NCBI GenBank assembly: GCA_964016885.1
Contig: OZ024740.1
Span: 238,576,001 to 238,640,000, forward strand
Source: Eledone cirrhosa
Lineage: Eukaryota
Direction of reading: 5' to 3'
Length of the DNA: 64,000 nt
The notes under the pieces are model-generated. The model had not been told where the DNA came from. It saw only the letters and a list, made by a program, of their open reading frames with translations, and ran no database searches. Both the position numbers and the translations under genes were made by a program. Positions 12,020 to 26,000 of the stretch are shown here, piece by piece (positions within the stretch are counted from its first letter, which is position 1; each line of letters begins with the position of its first letter).

Positions 12020-13494
12020 CAGTAAATAATATATAATGAGTCACAAGCGTATGTATTCAGACCATGTATTCCTAACAGAGATAAAATGTTTCCTAAAAAA
12101 TATTTTAAACACTTAAGGTTTTTTCATCTCACTCGTACATTAGAAAATCCCCTAAAGAACAATCCTAAGCACAATGCATTTGCTTATGTGTGATATATTG
12201 TAAAATAATTTTAAAGGTGCTTATAGCTAACACATGAAAGTTTCTATTGCTTAAACTATTATTGGAGATAAGACAATTTGGAATTCAAACACTATATTCC
12301 ATTATAACCTACCACAAAGAGGGATAAAAGTCTGAGTTACAGAATGACGTAAATGACTTACAGATCCCATAAAAAACAATCACTATGGACTTGATAAACC
12401 CTACATTTAATTTTGGTATCATGCCTATTGCAAATGTTTTCTTCTCTTCTTCAGGTTTATTTCCAAACCTTAGGGAGGTCTATTAGTTGTAGTATGTGCC
12501 AAGTAAACTTACATTTTCAACCATATCACATATATAGGGCTCTTAATATTAATGGGAAGTATATTTACAGTTAAGATTGTTTCAGCCATTAACATTTTGA
12601 ATCCTGCTTTGATATATGTAATCAGAATTTATTCCATTTTATTTTTTATTTATTTCACTATTTATTTGTTGTTTTCATTAATTTTCTAAACACCTTATAT
12701 TGTATTTAAAAAAAATTATGTATATAATTATGCATAGGACAACATGACCCTCCTCAAATATAACAATATGTATATATTCTCAAATGAACAGATCATTTTT
12801 GCAGTGTGTTAAACAGTATCTATTGTTTTTATTGCTGAAAATCTTTATAAAAATTTTGGTAAAGTTGAAGCACTGTGAAGAGTTTATTTACAAATGTTTT
12901 AAACATCCACTTTGAGTACAATGGGGTAGACTGTTTATTCTGCTAATTGGGTTGATTAGGGGAAATAAGTCATATAGCTTAAAACATTAAATCAGATTTG
13001 AGACTAAATATTTCACAAAATAATGTTAGTTATATCCTATCTAATCCATACTAGCTTGGAATTAGTCTATAAATATACCACATAATGAGAGATCATGTCT
13101 GGTAAATATCTGATATATGTAGAATGAAACAGGTTATTTCAATATACATTATTGCCAATACAAGAAAGCTACTAGTTGGATATTTTGCTTTGGTAAAACT
13201 ATTCTAAGTTATAATTAGACTTTATATATGATCCCAATATTCTCTTAACAAAATTAGATTCCAAGTGAAGAGAAATCCAGCTGTACATGTAACTGTGGCT
13301 CTATGACAGAGTTGGCAAAACTAATGTAGCAAAGTCCTAACTGTATAACCATGAATGTTAGCAGCCTGTTGCTGTTTTACTGTTACTGCATGCTATTTTC
13401 CAGCACTGAATAAAAAAAACATGAATATGGTAAGGATAAGATTAGTGCAAAATAATTATAAGAAGATTTGTCATTGTAAATCGAAAGAACTTAC

Positions 13495-13676
13495 TTTCCA
13501 ATGATTTGAACAAACGTGTGAACTCATAATCAAATATTACTTCATTTGGGTGTTTGTAATTAAGGTGAGCTTTTTTTGCTGCTTTGGTGTAACTTTCATG
13601 CTTTGTTACCTGAGACAGTTTATCAATAAATGTTTCCATCCCAATACGGTTAGCAATAATTTTGCATAAAGAATCC
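13495..13676 (-). CDS. USO1: USO1 exon E14: DSLCKIIANRIGMETFIDKLSQVTKHESYTKAAKK...FDYEFTRLFKSLE
   Basis: ttacag| and |gtaagt, 182 nt; ORF 13442..13696. Confidence 0.95.
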
Positions 13677-13905
13677 CTGTAAGAGAAACAACACAATATA
13701 CATTACTGTAATGTCTCCTGAAAAAATTACCTGCAATACAGCTTATAATTATAACAGTCTATAGTTACTTTTCTTCTTTATTTAACTGAGTTCTTTTAAA
13801 GATATATTTAATGTTTTCAATATTAATAGATACTTTCATTTTAAAACCTTTCATTTTATAAAAGATTTTTAATATTAGAAGTAAAAAAAACAATCCCACA
13901 ATATA

Positions 13906-14115
13906 CAACATCCAGTAATGATTTAAAAGAAAATATCTAAAAACAAGTTTGAGAATTCAAATGTTTATAGTATCTTTACTAGCAGACAGATCTTTGTGCG
14001 AAAATTTGAGGTAATTTGAAGACTTTAATTTTTAACGTAATGCAATCATTGTGTGGTTTTATACTTTTCAAGTCTTGCTAATGTATTTTCATCTAGTAGA
14101 GGATGTTAAGAGTAA
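13906..14115 (+). mobile_element. ~200-230 bp MITE-like dispersed repeat (other copies ~30221-30410, ~52340-52505, ~63476-63710)
   Basis: Shared core agaaaatatctaaaa...tatagtatctttactag...gtcttgctaatgt; ends resemble ctcttaacatcct/aggatgttaagag with TTAA-like flanks. Confidence 0.65.
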
Positions 14116-14332
14116 ATTGTTACATTTACAGTTTTATAGAACTGATTATAAACAATTGGTTGAAATAAGATCTTATGGATTAATCTGACACCAATTATGT
14201 AATAAATATAACATTCTATAATTTCAAATCAAACAAAAATCTGTTGTGGGCTGAAGAAAAGTAACTAAAACTGATAAAATTTAAACAGCTTTTCATTTTC
14301 TATACATAGAAATATATATTAGAGTTACAAAC

Positions 14333-14454
14333 TTGTTAAAGGTTTCATTTTGGTCATCATTGAAAAGTACACCGATCCCCAAAAGAAAAGCACAGAGGCC
14401 TTGGACAAGTTGTTCCTGTTCATCTCCTTCAGATGCTGAAATCTGAGCAATCAG
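14333..14454 (-). CDS. USO1: USO1 exon E13: LIAQISASEGDEQEQLVQGLCAFLLGIGVLFNDDQNETFN(K)
   Basis: tttcag| and |gtttgt, 122 nt; EQLVQGLCA motif. Confidence 0.93.
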
Positions 14455-15068
14455 CTGAAATAACAGTTAAGGCATTTTTTGAATGTTGTAATATTATGGT
14501 TCTTGTAACATTCAAACTTATGACCATGTGGTCAATTGTCTAATATCTGAACCTTACAGACTCACACACACACCCTATACATTTAAAACATTATTATACA
14601 TGGTGCATGTACATATATGTACACACACACATACTTAACCGGAGCCTCTGACCTCTCAGATGGGCCATGTGCGTGTGTGTGTGTGCACCTCAGATATGTT
14701 CCCGTACTCTACAAAGTGTACTGTGAGCATTTTTTTATGGAAACAACTTTAGAGAGTTTGTCATGCTATGAATGAAAGGTCCTCTTAACTTGTTTTGGCA
14801 TGGTTTCTACAGCTGGAAGCCATTCTTGACACCAACCACTTTACAGAGTGAACTGGGTGAATTTTATCGTGTCATCAGCACTGACGAAGGAAGTTGTTGC
14901 CATTGACTCAACTGAAGAGCACACTTTACTGTATGCAGAGCTGGAGGTGAAAAAATGTTGATTTGTCTCAATTGAGCCATCTTTGGAGGGTGGAGATAGA
15001 GTGGAAGGAGGTAAGGAAGGTGGGAAGGTGATAAATAACTAGTTGATGCAGGTTTCTTAAAAGGATAC
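14455..15068 (-). other. U12-type (minor spliceosome) GT-AG intron, 614 nt
   Basis: 5' splice site GTATCCTTTT; branch site CCTTAAC (14466-14472) about 10 nt before the AG. Confidence 0.9.
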
Positions 15069-15179
15069 GTAAGGCACATTAGCTGTATTGCAAAGAAAAT
15101 GAGTAACAGCAATAGAACAGTCGGATAGCCAGCCACACAGTAACATCAAAAGTCCAATGCGTGTCTGTAGTTTTCCACC
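15069..15179 (-). CDS. USO1: USO1 exon E12: GGKLQTRIGLLMLLCGWLSDCSIAVTHFLCNTANVPY
   Basis: tttcag| acceptor, |GTATCCTT donor, 111 nt. Confidence 0.95.
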
Positions 15180-15261
15180 CTGAAATTATAAAAGACAAAC
15201 AATAATATTCTGACAATATTGGTAGTTTGATATAATATATATACATATATTTTTGCTATAC

Positions 15262-15697
15262 ACATCATCATCACCGTTTTACACCCGTTCTTCCACGCTA
15301 GCATGGATTAGACGGGTTGTCCTGTTGTGGGCAATGTCCGGTTGGCTGACCTTGTCTTGCTCATACGGGAACTGATTCTGGCTTGATTTCTACAGCTGGA
15401 TGCCCTTCCTAACACCAACCTCATTTGCAGTGAGTGCTGGGTGATTTTTTTTTTTTTTTCGTGGCCCTACACGTCCACTTTACAGTGTGGGCTGGGTGCT
15501 TTTTTGCCGTGGCACCTCCATGACCACTTTGCAGTGGAATGATAGGAACCACAGTCCTATCATCTCATTTCTACAGCTGAGTAAACTGGAGCAATGTGAA
15601 ATAAAGTGTCTTGCTCAAGGAAACAACACATCACCCGGTCCGAGAATTGAACTCACAACCTTTCGATTGCAAGCCTAATGTTCTAACCACTAAGCCA
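15262..15697 (-). mobile_element. SINE family B (tRNA head plus RTE-LINE-derived 3' tail)
   Basis: Head at 15560-15697; tail 15262-15537 closely matches the LINE 3' UTR at 15705-15968. Confidence 0.85.
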
Positions 15698-16612
15698 TCA
15701 TCATCATCATCATCACCGTTTTACGTCCGTTCTTCCACGCTAGCATGGGTTAGACGGGTTGTCCTGTTGTAGGCAGTGTCTGGTCGGCTGACCATGCTTT
15801 GCTCATACAGGAACTGATTTGGCTCGATTTCTACAGCTGGATGCCCTTCCAAACACCAACCTCATTTACAGTGAGTGCTGGGTGCTTTTTCGTGGTGCCT
15901 ACACATCCACTTTACAGTGTGGGCTGGGTGCTTTTTTGCCGTGGCACCTCCACGACCACCTTGCAGTGGGAGGGTGTGGGGGCATATTGTCTATATGCTT
16001 CAGCTTGTACCCATGGGAGGTCGGGTACTCTGTATTACTGCGTGACACCAGAGGTCACGGTCGTGTGTTATCGCCTTTGAGAGGTGTAATTGGGTAAGGT
16101 CGGCTTTTATCACCTCATCCCAAGTCATCTTGGGTCTCCCCACTCCGCAGTTTCCATCAACTTCTAGTGCTCTGCACCTTTTTATGCAGCTGTCATCCTT
16201 CATACGCATCACATGTCCATACCAATGCAACCGCCTCTCCTGCACACAGCATTTGATTCCTCTTATGCTCAGTCTCTCTCTCAATTCATTTATGCTTTGC
16301 TGTTCGCGTATATTACTATTACACATCCATCAGAGCATGCAGGCTTCGTTTCTCTCTAATCTACGTAAGTCTTCCACCTTCAGCGCCCAGGTCTCACTAC
16401 CATGTAACATTGCTGTCCGTATACACGCATCATACAGTCTGCCTTTCATTTTGAGGGAGAAGCCGTTTGCAGCTAGCAGTGGCAGTAGCTCCCTGAACTT
16501 CTTCCATCCCGTTCTTACCCTAGTTATTGTACTTTCTGAACACCCACCTCTACTGTTAATTCGGTCACCTAGGTAGCAGAAGCTGTCTACTGTCTCTACA
16601 GAGCCCTCCCAT
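15698..16612 (-). mobile_element. 5'-truncated RTE LINE (C-terminal part of ORF, 3' UTR, (GAT)n tail)
   Basis: ORF 16000..16326: ERRLHWYGHVMRMKDDSCIKRC...GRPKMTWDEVIKADL. Confidence 0.9.
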
Positions 16613-17002
16613 ATTAGTTGCGTTACTAATAATTATGTATTTAACAGATACCAACTCACATAGCCATATCATTAATATAATGTTATGGACAGTCATAACA
16701 CTTCTCTAATTCTTTTAGTTAACCATTCATCAAATGTAAAATATCAGATTAATACTTTTGAATTATAAGCAGTTTGATTTTTGTTGTAGTTCTTCATTTT
16801 CAATTACAAGGGTAGGCTGACAAGGAGTGGTGCTAGAGCGGTGAAAATCTTACATAGATTAATTTCAACTCTTCTTATTAATAACTGCATTGTTTCTTTC
16901 TAGGGACTATGTTGAAAGATAAACCTCATTTGGTCATTCCATGAGAGTATCATGGTCAGCTTATGAACTTTTCAGCTAACCCTTGTAAATTGTTTCCACA
17001 AT

Positions 17003-20000
17003 ACACTGTCATCCCAGACACTGTACACTTTTGATAGACATAGAACACTGCCACCCCAGACACAGTACACTTTTGAGACAGACATAGAACACTGCCACCC
17101 CAGACACAGTAGACTTTTGATACAGACATAGAACACTGCCACCCCAGACACTGTACACTTTTGATAGACATAGAACACTGCCACCCCAGACACAGTACAC
17201 TTTTGATAGACATAGAACACTGTCACCCCAGACACTGTACACTTTTGATAGACATAGAACACTGCTACCCCAGATACTGTACACTTTTGATACAGACATA
17301 GAACACTGCCACCCCAGACACTGTACACTTTTGATAGACATAGAACACTGTCACCCCAGACAGTACACTTTTGATAGACATAGAACACTGCCACCCAGAC
17401 ACAGTACACTTTTGATACAGACATAGAACACTGCCACCCCAGACACAGTACACTTTTGATAGACATAGAATACTGTCACCCCAGACACAGTACACTTTTG
17501 ATAGACATAGAACACTGCCACCCCAGACACTGTACACTTTTGATACAGACATAGAACACTGCCACCCCAGACACTGTACACTTTTGATAGACATAGAACA
17601 CTGCCACCCCAGACACTGTACACTTTTGATACAGACATAGAACACTGCCACCCCAGACACTGTACACTTTTGATAGACATAGAACACTGCCACCCAGACA
17701 CTGTACACTTTTGATAGACATAGAACACTGCCACCCCAGACACTGTACACTTTTGATACAGACATAGAACACTGCCACCCCAGACACTGTACACTTTTGA
17801 TAGACATAGAACACTGCCACCCCAGACACTGTACACTTTTGATAGACATAGAACACTGCCACCCCAGACACTGTACACTTTTGATACAGACACAGTACAC
17901 TTTTGATAGTCATAGAACACTGCCACCCCAGACACTGTACACTTTTGATACAGACATAGAACACTGCCACCCCAGACACTGTACACTTTTGATAGACATA
18001 GAACACTGCCACCCCAGACACTGTACACTTTTGATACAGACATAAAACACTGCCACTCCAGACACTGTACACTTTTGATAGACATAGAACACTGCCACCC
18101 CAGACACTGTACATTTTTGATACAGACATAGAACACTGTCACCCCAGACAGTACACTTTTGATAGACATAGAACACTGCCACCCCAGACACAGTACACTT
18201 TTGATAGACATAGAACACTGCCACCCCAGACACAGTACACTTTTGATACAGACATAGAACACTGCCACCCCAGACACTGTACACTTTTGATAGACATAGA
18301 ACACTGCCACCCCAGACACAGTACACTTTTGATAGACATAGAACACTGCCACCCCAGACACAGTACACTTTTGATAGACATAGAACACTGCCACCCCAGA
18401 CACAGTACACTTTTGATAGACATAGAACACTGCCACCCCAGACACTGTACACTTTTGATACAGACATAGAACACTGTCACCCCAGACAGTACACTTTTGA
18501 TAGACATAGAACACTGCCACCCCAGACACTGTACACTTTTGATAGACATAGAACACTGCCACCCCAGACACAGTACACTTTTGATACAGACATAGAACAC
18601 TGCCACCCCAGACACTGTACACTTTTGATAGACATAGAACACTGCCACCCCAGACACTGTACACTTTTGATACAGACATAGAACACTGCCACCCCAGACA
18701 CTGTACACTTTTGATAGACATAGAACACTGTCACCCCAGACACAGTACACTTTTGATAGACATAGAACACTGCCACCCCAGACACTGTACACTTTTGATA
18801 CAGACATAGAACACTGCCACCCCAGACACTACACTGTTGATAGACATAGAACACTGCCACCCCAGACAGTACACTTTTGATACAGACATAGAACACTGTC
18901 ACCCCAGACACAGTACACTTTTGATACAGACATAGAACACTGCCACCCCAGACACAGTGCACTTTTGATAGACATAGAACACTGCCACCCCAGACAGTAC
19001 ACTTTTGATAGACACAGAACACTGCCACCCCAGACAGTACACTTTTGATACAGACATAGAACACTGCCACCCCAGACACTGTACACTTTTGATACAGACA
19101 TAGAACACTGCCACCCCAGACAGTACACTTTTGATAGACATAGAACACTGCCACCCCAGACACCGTACACTTTTGATAGACATAGAACACTGCCACCCCA
19201 GACAGTACACTTTTGATAGACATAGAACACTGCCACCACAGACACTGTACACTTTTGATAGACATAGAACACTGCCACCCCAGACACAGTACACTTTTGA
19301 GACAGACATAGAACACTGTCACCCCAGACACAGTACACTTTTGATACAGACATAGAACACTGCTACCCCAGACACAGTACACTTTTGATACAGACATAGA
19401 ACACTGCCACCCCAGACACAGTGCACTTTTGATACAGACATAGAACACTGCCACCCCAGACAGTGCACTTTTGATACAGACATAGAACACTGTTACCCCA
19501 GACACAGTACACTTTTGAGACAGACATAGAACACTGCCACCCCAGACACTGTACACTTTTGATAGACATAGAACACTGCCACCCCAGACACAGTACACTT
19601 TTGATACAGACATAGAACACTGCCACTCCAGAGACAGTACACTTTTGATAGACATAGAACACTGCCACCCCAGACACAGTGCACTTTTGATACAGACATA
19701 GAACACTGCCACCCCAGACATAGAACACTGTCATCCCAGACACAGTACACTTTTGAGACAGGCATAGAACACTGCCACCCCAGACACTGTACACTTTTGA
19801 TAGACATAGAACACTGCCACCCCAGACACAGTACACTTTTGATACAGACATAGAACACTGCCACTCCAGAGACAGTACACTTTTGATAGACATAGAACAC
19901 TGCCACCCCAGACACAGTGCACTTTTGATACAGACATAGAACACTGCTACCCCAGACACAGTACACTTTTGATACAGACATAGAACACTGTCACCCCAGA

Positions 20001-23000
20001 CACAGTACACTTTTGATACAGACATAGAACACTGCTACCCCAGACACAGTACACTTTTGATACAGACATAGAACACTGCCACCCCAGACAGTGCACTTTT
20101 GATACATACATAGAACACTGCCACCCCAGACACAGTACACTTTTGAGACAGACATAGAACACTGCCACCCCAGACACAGTACACTTTTGATACAGACATA
20201 GAACACTGTTACCCCAGACACAGTACACTTTTGATACAGACATAGAACACTGCCACTCCAGAGACAGTACACTTTTGATAGACATAGAACACTGCCACGC
20301 CAGACACAGTGCACTTTTGATACAGACATAGAACACTGCCACCCCAGACACAGTACACTTTTGAGACAGACATAGAACACTGTCACCCCAGACACAGTAC
20401 ACTTTTGATACAGACATAGAACACTGCTACCCCAGACACAGTACACTTTTGATACAGACATAGAACACTGCCACCCCAGACACAGTGCACTTTTGATACA
20501 GACATAGAACACTGCCACCCCAGACAGTGCACTTTTGATACAGACATAGAACACTGTCATCCCAAACACAGTACACTTTTGAGACAGACATAGAACACTG
20601 CCACCCCAGACACTGTACACTTTTGATAGACATAGAACACTGCCACCCCAGACACAGTACACTTTTGATACAGACATAGAACACTGCCACTCCAGAGACA
20701 GTACACTTTTGATAGACATAGAACACTGCCACCCCAGACACAGTGCACTTTTGATACAGACATAGAACACTGCCACCCCAGACATAGAACACTGTCATCC
20801 CAGACACAGTACACTTTTGAGACAGGCATAGAACACTGCCACCCCAGACACTGTACACTTTTGATAGACATAGAACACTGCCACCCCAGACACAGTACAC
20901 TTTTGATACAGACATAGAACACTGCCACTCCAGAGACAGTACACTTTTGATAGACATAGAACACTGCCACCCCAGACACAGTGCACTTTTGATACAGACA
21001 TAGAACACTGCCACCCCAGACACAGTACACTTTTGAGACAGACATAGAACACTGTCACCCCAGACACAGTACACTTTTGATACAGACATAGAACACTGCT
21101 ACCCCAGACACAGTACACTTTTGATACAGACATAGAACACTGTCACCCCAGACACAGTACACTTTTGATACAGACATAGAACACTGCTACCCCAGACACA
21201 GTACACTTTTGAGACAGACATAGAACACTGCCACCCCAGACACTGTACACTTTTGATAGACATAGAACACTGCCACCCCAGACACAGTACACTTTTGATA
21301 CAGACATAGAACACTGCCACTCCAGAGACAGTACACTTTTGATAGACATAGAACACTGCCACCCCAGACACAGTGCACTTTTGATACAGACATAGAACAC
21401 TGCCACCCCAGACATAGAACACTGTCATCCCAGACACAGTACACTTTTGATAGTCATAGAACACTGCCACCCCAGACACTGTACACTTTTGATACAGACA
21501 TAGAACACTGCCACCCCAGACACTGTACACTTTTGATAGACATAGAACACTGCCACCCCAGACACTGTACACTTTTGATACAGACATAAAACACTGCCAC
21601 TCCAGACACTGTACACTTTTGATAGACATAGAACACTGCCACCCCAGACACTGTACACTTTTGATACAGACATAGAACACTGTCACCCCAGACAGTACAC
21701 TTTTGATAGACATAGAACACTGCCACCCCAGACACAGTACACTTTTGATAGACATAGAACACTGCCACCCCAGACACAGTACACTTTTGATACAGACATA
21801 GAACACTGCCACCCCAGACACTGTACACTTTTGATAGACATAGAACACTGCCACCCCAGACACAGTACACTTTTGATAGACATAGAACACTGCCACCCCA
21901 GACACAGTACACTTTTGATAGACATAGAACACTGCCACCCCAGACACAGTACACTTTTGATAGACATAGAACACTGCCACCCCAGACACTGTACACTTTT
22001 GATACAGACATAGAACACTGTCACCCCAGACAGTACACTTTTGATAGACATAGAACACTGCCACCCCAGACACTGTACACTTTTGATAGACATAGAACAC
22101 TGCCACCCCAGACACAGTACACTTTTGATACAGACATAGAACACTGCCACCCCAGACACTGTACACTTTTGATAGACATAGAACACTGCCACCCCAGACA
22201 CTGTACACTTTTGATACAGACATAGAACACTGCCACCCCAGACACTGTACACTTTTGATAGACATAGAACACTGTCACCCCAGACACAGTACACTTTTGA
22301 TAGACATAGAACACTGCCACCCCAGACACTGTACACTTTTGATACAGACATAGAACACTGCCACCCCAGACACTACACTTTTGATAGACATAGAACACTG
22401 CCACCCCAGACAGTACACTTTTGATACAGACATAGAACACTGTCACCCCAGACACAGTACACTTTTGATACAGACATAGAACACTGCCACCCCAGACACA
22501 GTGCACTTTTGATAGACATAGAACACTGCCACCCCAGACAGTACACTTTTGATAGACACAGAACACTGCCACCCCAGACAGTACACTTTTGATACAGACA
22601 TAGAACACTGCCACCCCAGACACTGTACACTTTTGATACAGACATAGAACACTGCCACCCCAGACAGTACACTTTTGATAGACATAGAACACTGCCACCC
22701 CAGACACCGTACACTTTTGATAGACATAGAACACTGCCACCCCAGACAGTACACTTTTGATAGACATAGAACACTGCCACCCCAGACACTGTACACTTTT
22801 GATAGACATAGAACACTGCCACCCCAGACACAGTACACTTTTGAGACAGACATAGAACAGTGCCACCCCAGACACTGTACACTTTTGATAGACATAGAAC
22901 ACTGCCACCCCAGACACAGTACACTTTTGATACAGACATAGAACACTGCCACTCCAGAGACAGTACACTTTTGATAGACATAGAACACTGCCACGCCAGA

Positions 23001-26000
23001 CACAGTGCACTTTTGATACAGACATAGAACACTGCCACCCCAGACACAGTACACTTTTGAGACAGACATAGAACACTGTCACCCCAGACACAGTACACTT
23101 TTGATACAGACATAGAACACTGCTACCCCAGACACAGTACACTTTTGATACAGATATAGAACACTGTCACCCCAGACACAGAACACTTTTGATACAGACA
23201 TAGAACACTGCTACCCCAGACACAGTACACTTTTGATACAGACATAGAACACTGCCACCCCAGACAGTGCACTTTTGATACATACATAGAACACTGCCAC
23301 CCCAGACACAGTACACTTTTGAGACAGACATAGAACACTGCCACCCCAGACACAGTACACTTTTGATAGACATAGAACACTGCCACCCCAGACACAGTAC
23401 ACTTTTGATACAGACATAGAACACTGCCACTCCAGAGACAGTACACTTTTGATAGACATAGAACACTGCCACCCCAGACACAGTGCACTTTTGATACAGA
23501 CATAGAACACTGCTACCCCAGACACAGTACACTTTTGATACAGACATAGAACACTGTCACCCCAGACACAGTACACTTTTGATACAGACATAGAACACTG
23601 CTACCCCAGACACAGTACACTTTTGATACAGACATAGAACACTGCCACCCCAGACAGTGCACTTTTGATACATACATAGAACACTGCCACCCCAGACACA
23701 GTACACTTTTGAGACAGACATAGAACACTGCCACCCCAGACACAGTACACTTTTGATACAGACATAGAACACTGTTACCCCAGACACAGTACACTTTTGA
23801 TACAGACATAGAACACTGCCACTCCAGAGACAGTACACTTTTGATAGACATAGAACACTGCCACGCCAGACACAGTGCACTTTTGATACAGACATAGAAC
23901 ACTGCCACCCCAGACACAGTACACTTTTGAGACAGACATAGAACACTGTCACCCCAGACACAGTACACTTTTGATACAGACATAGAACACTGCTACCCCA
24001 GACACAGTACACTTTTGATACAGACATAGAACACTGCCACCCCAGACACAGTGCACTTTTGATACAGACATAGAACACTGCCACCCCAGACAGTGCACTT
24101 TTGATACAGACATAGAACACTGTCATCCCAAACACAGTACACTTTTGAGACAGACATAGAACACTGCCACCCCAGACACTGTACACTTTTGATAGACATA
24201 GAACACTGCCACCCCAGACACAGTACACTTTTGATACAGACATAGAACACTGCCACTCCAGAGACAGTACACTTTTGATAGACATAGAACACTGCCACCC
24301 CAGACACAGTGCACTTTTGATACAGACATAGAACACTGCCACTCCAGAGACAGTACACTTTTGATAGACATAGAACACTGCCACCCCAGACACAGTGCAC
24401 TTTTGATACAGACATAGAACACTGCCACCCCAGACACAGTACACTTTTGAGACAGACATAGAACACTGTCACCCCAGACACAGTACACTTTTGATACAGA
24501 CATAGAACACTGCTACCCCAGACAGTACACTTTTGATACAGACATAGAACACTGTCACCCCAGACACAGTACACTTTTGATACAGACATAGAACACTGCT
24601 ACCCCAGACACAGTACACTTTTGAGACAGACATAGAACACTGCCACCCCAGACACTGTACACTTTTGATAGACATAGAACACTGCCACCCCAGACACAGT
24701 ACACTTTTGATACAGACATAGAACACTGCCACTCCAGAGACAGTACACTTTTGATAGACATAGAACACTGCCACCCCAGACACAGTGCACTTTTGATACA
24801 GACATAGAACACTGCCACCCCAGACATAGAACACTGTCATCCCAGACACAGTACACTTTTGATAGTCATAGAACACTGCCACCCCAGACACTGTACACTT
24901 TTGATACAGACATAGAACACTGCCACCCCAGACACTGTACACTTTTGATAGACATAGAACACTGCCACCCCAGACACTGTACACTTTTGATACAGACATA
25001 AAACACTGCCACTCCAGACACTGTACACTTTTGATAGACATAGAACACTGCCACCCCAGACACTGTACACTTTTGACACAGACATAGAACACTGTCACCC
25101 CAGACAGTACACTTTTGATAGACATAGAACACTGCCACCCCAGACACAGTACACTTTTGATAGACATAGAACACTGCCACCCCAGACACAGTACACTTTT
25201 GATACAGACATAGAACACTGCCACCCCAGACACTGTACACTTTTGATAGACATAGAACACTGCCACCCCAGACACAGTACACTTTTGATAGACATAGAAC
25301 ACTGCCACCCCAGACACAGTACACTTTTGATAGACATAGAACACTGCCACCCCAGATACAGTACACTTTTGATAGACATAGAACACTGCCACCCCAGACA
25401 CTGTACACTTTTGATACAGACATAGAACACTGTCACCCCAGACAGTACACTTTTGATAGACATAGAACACTGCCACCCCAGACACTGTACACTTTTGATA
25501 GACATAGAACACTGCCACCCCAGACACAGTACACTTTTGATACAGACATAGAACACTGCCACCCCAGACACTGTACACTTTTGATAGACATAGAACACTG
25601 CCACCCCAGACACTGTACACTTTTGATACAGACATAGAACACTGCCACCCCAGACACTGTACACTTTTGATAGACATAGAACACTGTCACCCCAGACACA
25701 GTACACTTTTGATAGACATAGAACACTGCCACCCCAGACACTGTACACTTTTGATACAGACATAGAACACTGCCACCCCAGACACTACACTTTTGATAGA
25801 CATAGAACACTGCCACCCCAGACAGTACACTTTTGATACAGACATAGAACACTGTCACCCCAGACACAGTACACTTTTGATACAGACATAGAACACTGCC
25901 ACCCCAGACACAGTGCACTTTTGATAGACATAGAACACTGCCACCCCAGACAGTACACTTTTGATAGACACAGAACACTGCCACCCCAGACAGTACACTT

